Positions 45,269 through 57,900 of a stretch of DNA of 64,000 nucleotides are shown here, piece after piece. The DNA is from Monocercomonoides exilis PA203 (taxonomy: Eukaryota; Protista; Preaxostyla), in assembly GCA_001643675.2 (NCBI GenBank), contig LSRY02000044.1, positions 434,001 through 498,000 on the forward strand, written 5' to 3'. A model generated the notes under the pieces. It did no database searches, was not told where the DNA came from, and was given only the letters and a program-made list of their open reading frames with translations. The translations under genes and the position numbers were made by a program. How positions within the stretch are numbered: the stretch's first letter is position 1; each line of letters begins with the position of its first letter.

Positions 45269-46002
45269 CTTTAGAGAGATTTGTTTACAATTTTTTATAC
45301 AATTTTTATTTTCTTTTATGTTTTTTTGTGAATGAGTGAATTAACAAAGAAAAAGAAATACTTCAATATTTTATGTGATTAAATGGTTAAACATATAAAT
45401 TTCCTTTAAAAAGAAAATAAGTTCACATTTTTTCACAAAAAAAGAGAGCAAAATGGCTTTTTGAAAATTTAAAGAAAATACTCTTTGAATGTTCTCAAGG
45501 AAGATTATTAAAAAAGCTTGTTATCCATCAAAAACTGCGTTTTCAAACGTTACAACAGCAACAACAACAAATATAATTTCAATTCCAAAATAACTTTTCT
45601 TAAATAACTATTTGAATGGTCATTTGCTTGATGGTATTATTTCTCAATAAACTCCTTGGATAACACATTTCTCACCTTCACTTTCCATTTTTCAACAATT
45701 TTGATTTCACAAAGTATATGTTTGAACCCAAACAAATTTCATTGGCGATAGAGAAACGTCATGTTTCACAAAGAATGCAAACCTCATTTCGATTGTTTAT
45801 AATTATTAAAAAAAGTCAAAATGAAAAACTTTAAAAAATTGAATCTTTTTGATAACTCAAAAATTAAACTTGAAAAATTTCATTTTACAACAGATTGAAA
45901 CGCTATTCGATGATTTGACAAAAGCAAAACACAAATAAAAACGATCACTCAATAAATCAATTCTCTATTAACTCAAAATTCAAAGAAAAACGATTTTCGA
46001 AC

Positions 46003-46939
46003 TCACCATCTTGTTTGAGGGCAAACGTGATTGTACTTCTGTGCATGAGCAAGACTGTGATTTTGGGTTCGGCAATTCTTCCCCCACCAGCAATCTGGCT
46101 TCCCTTTCATTGCAGCAGGAATTAAATTAGGATCAATTTGCTCTCTAAATTTCAAGAAAAGTACACCCGCAACTTTGTTGAAACAATAAGTACAGCATTC
46201 AGTATTCTGCGTTATTTTTATGTTTGTTTGAGGTATTTCAAAATTTTTCCAATTGTCGTCGATTTCAACATTTTGTAAAATTTCTTTCCAAGCTTGACCT
46301 GGTGTGACATGTAAAACATCTTTCATTAATACTCTTAAATTTTGCGTTTCAACTTCATTTTCCATTAAAATTCCAATCGGCAGATCGTTCAAAACTTTTG
46401 AAGACAAAGGTTCACCTGGAAATACCCCACAACGTTCGCACATTTTTGTTCCCGGTGCAGTCAAAATATTAAATGGAATTGGAGTAATTTTCTTCATTGT
46501 AAAAACATCTTTATTCTTTCCTGGATTTGCTTTTATGCCGTCATGATTAAAATGGACGGTGCCGGCTCCAGAAATGGTTGCAGTAACCAAACTGTTAAGT
46601 TCATCGTCCGCTTTTATTGCTAAAAGAATGTGACGTGGACACACTCTCTTTGATTTCATTTTCTTACAAGCTCCCCCAGCTAATTCTAGTATTTCTGCAG
46701 CAAGATATTCCTAATGAAATGAATTTAAAATATTTTAAAAATTGAAAGTTCAAATTCAAATTCAAAAAATCCATTCACAATATGCAAACCAGAACTCCTG
46801 CTGTGTAAATAGCGGCTGACGGACTAACTCTGGATTTGTTATATAAATAATTCTTTAAATAACGATGAATACGTCCAACAGGAAATATTAGTCCTGATTT
46901 AATAGAACGTGAATGAATTCTTGCCTTTGGATGATTCAT
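46003..46939 (-). CDS. H2A.Z-type histone variant fused to CHFR-like cysteine-rich domain with C-terminal PAR-binding zinc finger (285 aa, 2 exons)
   Basis: Exon 1 46939-46790: [50 protein letters not shown]. Phase-0 intron 46789-46711 (GTTTGC...TAG). Exon 2 46710-46003 starts [50 protein letters not shown] and runs without a stop into ...CCTYC...[11 protein letters not shown]...[32 protein letters not shown]. Confidence 0.92.
46027..46092 (-). other. PBZ (poly(ADP-ribose)-binding zinc finger) motif, CHFR type
   Basis: [22 protein letters not shown] fits C-x-(Y/W)-G-x-x-C...H-x5-H and closely resembles the CHFR PBZ (CYWGRNCRTQ...HAMKFNH). Confidence 0.9.
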
Positions 46940-47465
46940 AAAGTTTTTTTCTTTGTAAAAATTAAATGCTAAAAAGAATTTATGTCAAAAAAGTGCGATT
47001 AATATCCGCAACGAAAAAGAATTTGCGATTTTTCAAACAAACAATATTTGAAATAGAAAACAACAATTCTTATTAATTTTATGATGGGAATTGACTGTTG
47101 TTCAATTAGAATTCCTCTTTGAGTTTTTTGTACGATAAATAAGAAATACAACGACTGCATATCTCTGAGATTTATAAAAATTGTATAATGATATCGGAAT
47201 GACTAAATTGTAATATTTATTCCTCAAAAAATAATCTAAAAGTTCTGAATATTGAAAAAAAAAAGAAAGAAAAAGAAATTGATGAATAACGCATGAAATA
47301 ATAATAAAAATATTTTAAATAAATCAATTAGTAATAAACAAAACAACAAAAAAGAAGAAAAAAATTATTTCTATCGATTGCAAACTTAAACTAAATACAA
47401 ATATTTCCTCTTTTTTCACTTAATCACCAAAAACAAATTCAAAACAACTAAAACAGAATAAAATA

Positions 47466-48669
47466 TTACTCAATTTTTGAATCAGCTTTCTCTTCATCTG
47501 TCATTAAGAATGTTCCGTTGAAAAAAACCCTATTCACCATCCTTCCAACAGCACTTTCCATATTTGACCAATTCAAAACTTCCTTTGCAGCTTTTTTCGC
47601 AACATCAAAAGAATTTGACGGAGCAAATGATAATCCGCTCATTTCGAGCTAATAATATTTTCATTAATAAATTTGAATATGTAAACATTTATCATGTTAG
47701 AGAAAAAATAATTGATAACATCAACAGTTTGTTAATCTGTCATACCATATCAACGTCATTTGCCGAATCTCCTATTGATACAACTTCATCCATTTCACAA
47801 TGAATATAATTTCTACACAGCCACTGAAGAGCTGGTCCCTTCCCTCCATCTGTTGGAATAACCTCACAAAAATACGCTTTTGTAATTAAAGCACGAGAAG
47901 ACAAAGGCAACACTTTGCTTATTTCAGGTAAAATTCTATTGAATAAAAATATTTTGTATCAAAACCGAAAAAACAATACTCAACAAAAGCAAACTTTGAT
48001 GATACAGCAATTGGATCTTCTGTGATAAACAATTTCGTTGGTGGGGATTCGAGACACATTTTCCGTATTGCTTCATAATCAACCTTTAGAGGCTGAATGT
48101 TTGTTATTCTTAAATGTTCAAGATTGTAAGGATTTTGGCAAGTATAAACCAAATGAGTTGTACTGTAATAAAACTCTTTAAATTGTGAAATAAAGATTGA
48201 ATAATGAAACAAATTCCTACCAAGATTGAGATTGTTTTTTTGAGCATAATCAACAACAACATTTATCGTATCATTTGAAAGGACTTTTGTGCAAATCGGC
48301 TCCATTTTGTCCACCTTCACTATTTCACATCCACATGAACCTTGAAAAAAATATGAAAATTTCTTTAAAAATTTCAAAAGGTTCATAAACGCCAACCGAT
48401 TATAAATGCTCCATCCTTTTCGAGTCCAATTTGTTTGAAACGATTTTCAATATCATAAGCCCTTCTTCCTATTAAATTATTTAAACACGACTTCAACTTG
48501 AATTGGTTGTAATCTCCGAAAGCACACCACTTGACAAAACAACATTTACTCCCAATTTCTGTAATTCTCTCAGAATTCTGGAATCATATTTTGAAATTGT
48601 CATATCTTCTCTCAAAAGAGTGTCATCTAAATCGCAAGAAAGAACTTTATAATCCTTTGTTAAAGTCAT
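47466..48669 (-). CDS. Cof-type HAD-superfamily (subfamily IIB) phosphatase, 6 exons
   Basis: Five GT-AG introns give one frame containing motif I (KVLSCDLDDTLL), motif II (VVLSSGR, across intron 48527-48469), motif III (EVIPTDGGKGPAL) and motif IV (SIGDSANDVDML), followed by LSFAPSNS. Confidence 0.88.
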
Positions 48670-48962
48670 TAAACAAAAGAAAAAATTTTATTGAAAAAGA
48701 GTTTTATAATGGAATACAAAAACAAATGAAATTGACGAATGGTTTCAAATATAAATTTGAATAATCTATCACAAATAAATGAATAACAGCAATAACAAAA
48801 AACATAATTTAGGCAGTTACACATTTTAAAATGTGAAAATAAAATTTTAACTTTCTGTACTTGACAAAAAAAGAATACAACACAACGAAAAATTGAAAAC
48901 AAATTCAACAAGAACAAATTTGAAAGATAAGCACCATTGAAGAAAAATTATGTTTTCTAGTA

Positions 48963-51900
48963 TCAACTTAATTCAAAATCGTTGAATGAGCCAGAAAAGC
49001 GTCCTTGGCTTATAATTCCTGAATTAAAGATTTCTGAAAAGCATTTTTCACAAGTATTAACTTCTTTTCTCTTTGCTGCAGAAACGCCAACAAGCGAAAA
49101 TGTCTTTTCACTCAGACAATTTGTACAAAACATGTTTCCGCACACTCCACATGCGCTTCCGCTTGTAAGGCCTCCCAATTTCTTTCCGCACTTGAAGCAA
49201 ACAGTATCTTTTTCTTTCTTCTCTTCTGAAAAATCTTTTCTTTTGAATTCAACAGGCATCAAAACATTGATAGCGCTAACTCCATTCCCGCAAACGAGGC
49301 TGAGGCCGTCTTTTGAGGAAAACAGTTTTGTGACGCTTCCTCTGCTTTTGACCATAAATGGAATGAAGTTTGATAAAACGGATTTATATGTGTCGTTCTG
49401 AAGATGAATGGAAGGGTGAGGATTAAGATCAATAAACATAAGAGATCCATTCTTGCGAAGGATAGATAATGATTCGAATACTCGACAGAAAGAAAAACGA
49501 GAAACCAATTTTTTTGGAATCATCGAAGAGCTAATTTCATTGCAAGATGGAAATTGAATTTTATCAATATGATTTGAACTTTGCGTCAAATAGTGATCAT
49601 ATTCAGGCAAATCTTCATTTGGTGTTAATATTCGAACTTTCACTAACGAAACAGGCTTTGAAGCAGAACCAAAAAGTGCCCCCTTTCTAAAATACCTTTT
49701 CAGATCTGCAGAAGAAGAGAATGTGGCTGAAGAAAAACTAAAAGATGATCGAGAAGGCGGAGGAACAGGATATTTGCGAAGGTCGATAGAAATTGTGCTT
49801 GGATCAAATGTCAAATGCTTTCGACTTGTCCTGTTGGAAATAATAGAAAAAGCAGAAGAAGGTTTTTCATCAGAGCAAATGAAGAGCTCTCTTTCCACAT
49901 CGCGCTTTTCATTCAGTTCTTTTTCTGCTTCGGGCATCTTGATGTTCCAAATAAGTTCTGTCTCTAATTCCCTTCTGCTTTCAGACACCTGAGCAGTTGC
50001 ATGCTCAATGCAATTGCTGAAGATGTGCTCAACGATACAGCTGCTGATTTCAGAAGAAGAAGAAGCAGCTCTCCAAAACAGAGAGATCGGAAGGGAAGAA
50101 GAATAAGGGAAAATGGAAGAATCAAGAGATGCTTTTGAGGAAATTGAATAATTTGAAGGAGAGATTGAAAGATCAACTTCATCAGATGTCTCAAGACATG
50201 TTGATGACAAGTGAAGAGAAGAAGATGAAGCAGCCGAGTAATGTTTGTCTTTGGTCAAAAAATTGTTTTTCTTCTTCTCTAATTGAGTTTCAGACGAACT
50301 CTGACTAACATTTCTCATTTTTGTTTCATTCTTCATAGCAATATCCAAATAACAAGCAGGCAAACATTTGGAAATATTCCATATAACTCCACCTTTTTCT
50401 GCATTTGAGACGATATGTGCGACCTGTCGCCAACTCAATCCTTTTAACTGTGGCCGTTGAGCTCCTTCAAAAACAAGCACAGAACCTTTTGATGTGCCAA
50501 TAACATAACACGAACTAATGGATTTTTCATGAACCTTGCGATATTCAGCTAAATATTCAATGACTTTTTCTCTGATTTCTTTCAATGAAAATTCTGTCTT
50601 CTGCTCTTCTTTTTGTTCATCTTGACTACTAGAAATCGAAAGAGAATCTGCTTCATATTCGTTTTTGTTCTCTTCATTTTGTTCTTTTGGAGAATCTATC
50701 TGCTCCATATCTATATTTTCTTTCCCCTTTTCAATTTCTTCATCATGTTGAGTTTTAGTTTCTCCGAAAAAGTCAAGCGACTTTATGCTCAGATTGCAAC
50801 TTCTTGATTTTTCCAACCCTTTTCTTGAAATGCTTAACGCTGTTATTTCCTCGTCATCTGATACAACAGCTTCTCCACAAATGACAGCAGAGCCATTTGA
50901 ATTCCACTTCCAAAGCTTATTTCCATTGCTTGCAATGATCGAAGTTGAACCTTTTTCAATGATGAGCGTTTCTATTGGATAGCTTTCAGGTAAATGTATT
51001 GGAAGTGTTTCGAAGTTAAACATGCATTCGTTTTCATCAACAGGTGCGTCTTTTTCAATTGTCTCACAATTGTTTCCATTGATATTGTTCATTTCCTCGA
51101 ATAATCCTTCATTTGAATCAGATGCGCACCGATCGTTCATTAATGAGAAATTTCTTTTTGTCTCGATATTATTGCATTCATCATATTCATTTTCGTTTCT
51201 CATCAATTGACTTTTATGTTCGGCAACAATATCCCTGAGTGTATTTGTAACAATGCAATTTGCGTAAAGTGGTCTACGAGAAACAACAAGATCGTTTGGA
51301 AGACATCCACCTGACTTGTTTTTGACTTGAGATCCGTTTGCAATGCAAGCCAATGGCAATTCATTTCCACCATTTCTCCACTTTGATTCATCAGCATTTT
51401 CGCTGTCAGTTCGAAATTGAGCAATTTGGGGAGTTGACAAGCTCGGCACAACAGACACACACCAGCGCAGCTGCAGCCTCTTCATATCCCACACAACAAC
51501 CATTCCGCTGCAATCACCAGAAGCACAAATTCCGGCTGAAGAATCAGTGGCGATGGATATTACAGGATGACGATGAGCATATAATCGAGCAATTACATCA
51601 CATCGCATTTCATTGAACAAAATTTGAGGCTGAACAAAGGATGCAGTCTTTGTTGAGATAGAATCCAAAAATTGATTGGAATTTTGTCTAAAGATAGATT
51701 GGATGTCTGACTTTTGATTCAAAAAGTTTGGCGATGAAGCTTTCTCTCTCTCTCGTTCATTTGCGCCTTTTACAGACAAAGCATGCACCCACTCTTCATA
51801 ATCGTTGTCCTCTGGAGGGAAGAAGCTGGATGAAGATTCAGAAGGAAAAGGAGAATTCCTGAATATGAATCCTGACGCCGCCCTCCCTATAAACCGCTGC

Positions 51901-54900
51901 TGATAAATATTGTTATAATGGCGAATGATTGAGGCACCTGGGCCCATTACAAGATATGTGTGCTTTATTAACGAAGCAAGTGACTGAGGAGTGTTTGATA
52001 CTGATGGGGAGGACGGAGCAACATTTGAAGAATGCGCAGAAGGCGGAGAAGTGACAGAGTGAGGAAGGAGCATTGACACAGCAGATGTTAAAGTCGATAA
52101 TGAAAGAGAAGAAGCTTGACGAGTTAATAGAGCCTTTCTTGAAAAAGACATAGATCTGACCAAACGCTTTGGAGGCGAGCTTGTTGAATCTTTTTCTTCA
52201 GCCATCTGAGCTGAAGCGAAAAAGTTTTGATTGGCTGAAGTTGTTTGTTTTGGGGTTTGAAGAGAAGATGCATCAAAAGATGCGCATCCATTTTTTGGTG
52301 GAGAGACTTGTGATGAATGTGCTTCAGGCATTAGATATGAATCTGTTGAGTTATTCATTTGCATCGAAGACGGGAGAATTGAAGTGTCAGCTGAAAATTG
52401 ATTCACCATTCCCTGATTCGAAGGTGTCGATACAGACATATACCCCATCAGATACGATTCGTCGTCATTTTTGCCTTCATCATAGGATGAATTCAACTGT
52501 GAGAACTTTTGTTGTGATGAAGGGCTAAAGCTATTCTTATCAGGAGCAGACATCTCATTCTGTAGCACTTTGACAAGACCTGTCATTGAACTATCCCACA
52601 AGCCGAATCCCAGAGACATACCGCTCCTCTTCTCAATCGAAAACAATGTTGAATACAAACTCTGCAACAGTGACTTATCAGCAGCAGAAGAAGACAGCTG
52701 ACCTAGCGAAGCAGCTGCCATCTGAGCTGCTTCCTGAGCGTCTGCAATGTCTACAATTTGAGCAGTTTGTGACTGCTGCAGTGAGCGTGCTGATGAATAT
52801 GAGTGCTGTTCGAGCAATGCGCGGTCAATATCAAATCCAGAACCAACTGCAAAGCCGTTGACATCCACAGACACAATCTCTCGATTGCCGCTGAGTGATC
52901 TTATGCTCACGTCTTTTGAAGCATTCTTTTTGACCTTTCCTAAAGCCATTTCCCCTAATTCAGCAGATAAAGATGGATTAATTGTTATATATCCGTAACC
53001 TTCAAATTCTTCTTTTCTGTTTTTCCGACTCTTTCGTTCACATATCCCAAATCCATTCGTTCCAATTTTCCATTTCATTCCTGTGCTTGCCCAATCGCTT
53101 AACTCTCCACCAAACATGCCTCCAAACGCTTTTGCTCGCTCTCTCTCTTTCTGTCTCCTTTTCTCATCTCTCTCTTTTTCCTTTTCCTTTTCCTTTTCCT
53201 TTAGCTCACCACAAACTGTTGCACCAACGAGCGGAGTAACTGTTGACAGTACAGAAGAGCTGGGGAAGAAAGGAGAGCAGCCAAATAGTGTCTTTTGCTG
53301 AGACTCATCCGACGTTGTGAATCTCCACACAGCCACAACACCATCTTCACCGCCTGTGATTAGTGTGAATCCAAGATCAGATGACGTATGCGTCTTGACT
53401 TCCTGTCTACTTTGTGACGAATACAAATCGCTTTTGGAAGAGTGGGAGAATTGGTGAAGGCCGACAGGATGTACCATTGTTTTGTATGGGTGTGCAGTTG
53501 ATGTGGATGTGGGAGATATAAACACATGTGTCGATTGCGAAGGAGTGGGAATTGACAACGAAAATTCTTCCTGTTCCTTTGTTGGTAATGTTGACCGTAT
53601 TGGACTAACAGAATATGAAAGAGAAGGAGAAAGAATCTTTCGCGAAACAGTTGAAGAGAATGATGTTGATCGTGAAACAGGCTGATAATTTGTATCAGAA
53701 GCTGGCATTGCAACTGAAGAAGTGCGAGATTGGATTGATGATTTGGACGAAGAATCTTCTGGTAATTGCTGAGGGCGAGAAGCTTCAGATGTTGATGAAT
53801 CAAGAGATGGATGAGAAGATACATCTTCTTTTGTTGTTGCTTCTGTTATTTGAGTTGTGTCAACATTTTGTGCTTCTTTTTGAGCTTCTGTCGCATCTAA
53901 CTGTGCTTCACTTTCAGAAGATGAAGATTGTTCATTTGGATGAACTTCTCTATGCTTGATAGTAAAAGGAGACATTGTTGATAGATCATCTGTCTGCAAC
54001 GATATTGGCAAAGACAGCGCATTCATTGAAGGAATTATGAATGATTCGTTCGCTTCTCCATCTTCAATACTTTGTTGTGTATGGCTCAATGATAGGTCAT
54101 TAGTCAGATCTTCTTTTGAACTTTTGTCATTTGATGAATCAGAAGAAAAATCGAGAGGAAGAGGAAGCGGTGGAGTAGACAGAAGGTCATGCTGTTTTGC
54201 CTCTTCTTCTTTCACTAATTTTTCAATATTTCTTTTCTTTTCGTTCTCTTTCTCTGTATTAAGTTTTGTATTAATTTCTGTGTCAGGTGATGAAGAGCTT
54301 GCTTGCTGTAATGATTCCGTTGAAATTTCATCACCAGTGCTATCAGAACCAATGACAAGCATGCAAGATTTTTCTGTTATGCTTTTTTTATTTTTTTCTT
54401 CGTTTGCCTTTCTTTTTGCGATCTTTGAGCTTCTTATCTCCTCTACAACACTCAAAAGATAGTCACTTCCACCAAATTGAGCAAAATCCACCTGCTTCTT
54501 TGGAAGCTGAGGAACAGAACCTGTTTTTAAAGAAAGACTCGATGAAAAATCAACAAAAAGAGTGTCAAGTGTCAAAAGCAGTGTCCGTGACAGCCCCTTT
54601 GCGATTGTGCGATTTGTGAGAAGAGAAATAAGTTGCTGGGCTGTTTCATCGTTGCTTTCCTTTAATTCTAAGTCAACTGCAGATTGATGAATATTGCTAC
54701 GTGAAATCGACTGAGGAGAGAGTTTTCTTTTTAATTTGAATAAATGTTGCTCAGAATCACAATCCTTATTATTCTTAACTTCATTCGTTTGTACTGAAGG
54801 ACCAGCAAACAACTGAGACAGCATGTCGAATGAGGAGTGAGGAAACAGCATTCCATTGTCCATCAATTTCAATGACTTCACGCTCAGCTCACACAACAAC

Positions 54901-57900
54901 TGGCTCTCCTCTTCAGAAATCTCGTCCACAATCGCATTCTGCTTTTCCCAGCCAATTCCACAGCCAACGTAAGGAAATATCTCGCTTTTGTCTTTAGCCT
55001 GCACAGCTCCTCCATAAAACGCAGCTGCTGTGATTGCGCCATTGTGCATGTTTTCGTGTACAGACAGGACTGACGATGAAGAAGTAGAAGAGCACACACG
55101 AAGAGCATTGTCACTCCCTGCAAAGCTGATATACATTCCTTTGCTGTTTGGTATGAAAATGCGTTTTGGACCAATGCTTTCGATTCGATTCTGAAGAAGA
55201 TCTGTATTCTGTTTGACTCTAATGTCAGATATTGACAAAGACAACGAAGGATGAGGCATCTGAGAAGAAAACTGAGTCACTTGCGGTAAAGACGATGATG
55301 ACATGGTCAGTGCCGATGATTTCAAAGGCAAATATGGATCAGACGGTGCTGCTGCTGAAGACATTGATGCTGAGCGAGCGGACGTCAACGAAGAAAGAAC
55401 TCCAGAAGCACTCGCTGAAGAAGCTGATGAAGGAAGTGATTGCGAAAAGCTTTTAACAGAAAGAGCATCAAGCGGATAATCAAACAAATTTGGCTGAGGA
55501 GCATGCACCTTCTTTGAAGGATGGGGTTTGAGAAACAGCTGAGAAGGTGTTTGACCGAAGTTGTTTATCTGTGCAATAACACTCTTTTTAGTGATCTTGT
55601 CATTGATTGAAGCAATGTCAACAGAACCTTCATATGTCAGGAAATGGAATGTGTTCAGTGCTTTCACTGCTTTTGGTCCTCGCTGTAGGCATCCGAAGAT
55701 GAGATCAATCCAGTGATTGAGATTCTCAGAAACATATTGTGATTCAAGAGCAGCTCTGTGAATGGCTATGAATCTCTCAGGGTCTTTGTGTGCCCATTGA
55801 GGCAGAATGACATCATGTGTGGGTGTGCCAATTGGGGGAGATGGTAAAATAGCTGATGAGATTGACGAAGGCAGCTGATCAAGAGATAAAAATGATGAAA
55901 GAGATTCTGTGTAATGATGACTGACTCTGTCTTTTGATAAGTCAGAAAGGTTCTTTTGTTTTCTACTGTGCCTGTTACGACGGCGAGGTCGAAGCCTTTG
56001 CGGATTTGAAAGATACATCTTAGTTTTTTCTCTAATCAAAGACATCACAGAAGAAGAAGTCGGTAGCGCTGAGCTTGGGGATGAATGAGAATCTGATAAA
56101 GACTGTTCATTTGACGAAGGAAGGACAAGTCCACTTTCCAGAACGGATGTTCGATAACCCAGTTGTGCAAATGGCAGATGAGAGCGGAGGAAATTGGCAG
56201 TTGTGAAGAACTCTGGAATCAGCTCTTTAAAGTCATACACAAATCCTTCGCTTGCGCACTGCCAAACTTCTCCAACTGAATGGAATATTCTGTCTGGCAC
56301 ATCAAACTTTCCACTGTGAATGTGCTTTTCAAGAGTGGTATATGGCTCAATTCTAGTCAGATAGAAAAGCACAATCCCTGCATTCGAATAATGCGAACCG
56401 AAATGATACGGCTGAGACTGGAATGTGAAGTTGATCGAGGGAGAAGGTATTGTGGGAACTGATGAAACAAAGCCAGATCCTGATGAAGATGAAGCTCCTG
56501 ATGATTGCTGATTTGATATTTGCGCTTTTTCCTTGGTTCTTTCTTTCATTCGTTCGTTTTGAAGCTGCTTTAAAGTGGTTTCAATATCATGCCATCTTCT
56601 GAAGTTCTGCTTTGAACGGAAAAACGATTGGTCTTCAATAACTCGATTGGTGTTCACAGCTTCTGAATGGATGGAGTTTATCAGCAGCAATGAATCCGCT
56701 GGAATTACTATAGGCTCATCAGACGTTCCACTCATTCCGTCTCCGCTCTTCAAAGACTGTACAGCATCCATCTTAGCAACTGTCAGCATGTTCTCAAATT
56801 GGTCTTTCGCTTTTTTCCTTCTTTTCTCAGTCTGCGCTCCCATTGGCTTCGAAAGATCTCTATAAGAATCTTTGTTTATCAAATCCAGATCAGGAGACAT
56901 TGAATTATACTCCTTCAGAACCCATGGAAACACAGGGTATTGGTTCAGATCTTTCATTGTTCTACCTGCTGCTGTGTTCAAAAGCATTAAATAGCGGAAG
57001 TTGGACATCTGCCCTTTTTGCCATTTTTCTGTTGCTTCGTTCAAAGTGGTGAAACGATAGTACCCGTCTTCATCTTGTTCGAGCAATGGAGTCGTTCCAG
57101 AAACAGATGCAATAATGCCAGGCTCTGCTGAGGCTGCAACAAACTCTTTGTGATGAGGTTGATAATACGGATTTAGAGCTGACACAGCAATTGATAGCTG
57201 AGTGTATGCTGCTTTTCTAACCAAAGCATCAGGGAAAATGAGAAACAGAGAAGTTTGTGTTAGAGAAATTAGCTCAAGTGCTGTAGGCATCAGAGTAAAG
57301 CGGAGAGGCTGTATTTCAATGATGTCTGAAAGCTGATATGTTTGAGTGAACGGTAGAAGTTGATGACATCCACTTCGTTTAGCTAAATCAGATGATTGAA
57401 GAACATGGAATGCTCGACGTAATGTTTCAGTCCCATCTGCAAGTGAGTTGAATATGGAAGAGAAATCTGAGTTAGACAAAAGCTTTGAAGTCAAATCAAT
57501 TCCTTCCTTGATATCTGTTGTGGAATTATAAACACAATTATTTCCATCAGTTGCACTGACAATTGGTGAAGAAGAAGATGATGAAGCACACATTGCACAC
57601 TCACAAACAGTTTTAAGCTGATGCTGAACAAATTCATTGTAATATTTCACAAAAGAACTTGAATTTATACAACCACTATCTTCGTATTTTGAAAGGAAAA
57701 GCATTGAAGCTATTGCGAATAAAGAAAATGGTGCATGAATCAAAGCAGAATCAGGATGATTAAGAGGATACTTATTTATTTCATTACCAGCTTTATTCGT
57801 TCCTTTTTCACTTTCAGAGGATAATAAGAAATTAGAGTCATCATCCAATCTTTCTTCTTCGTCCTCAAAGTAACTGCTGATTGAGTTTGTCTTTTCATTT

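Noticed and set aside
45480-45802. Possible extra 3' exon of the HPS5-like gene (VMFHKECKPHFDCL, RING-like)
   Set aside because: No clear donor before the TAG at 45268 and too few Cys/His ligands. RNA-seq would be needed.
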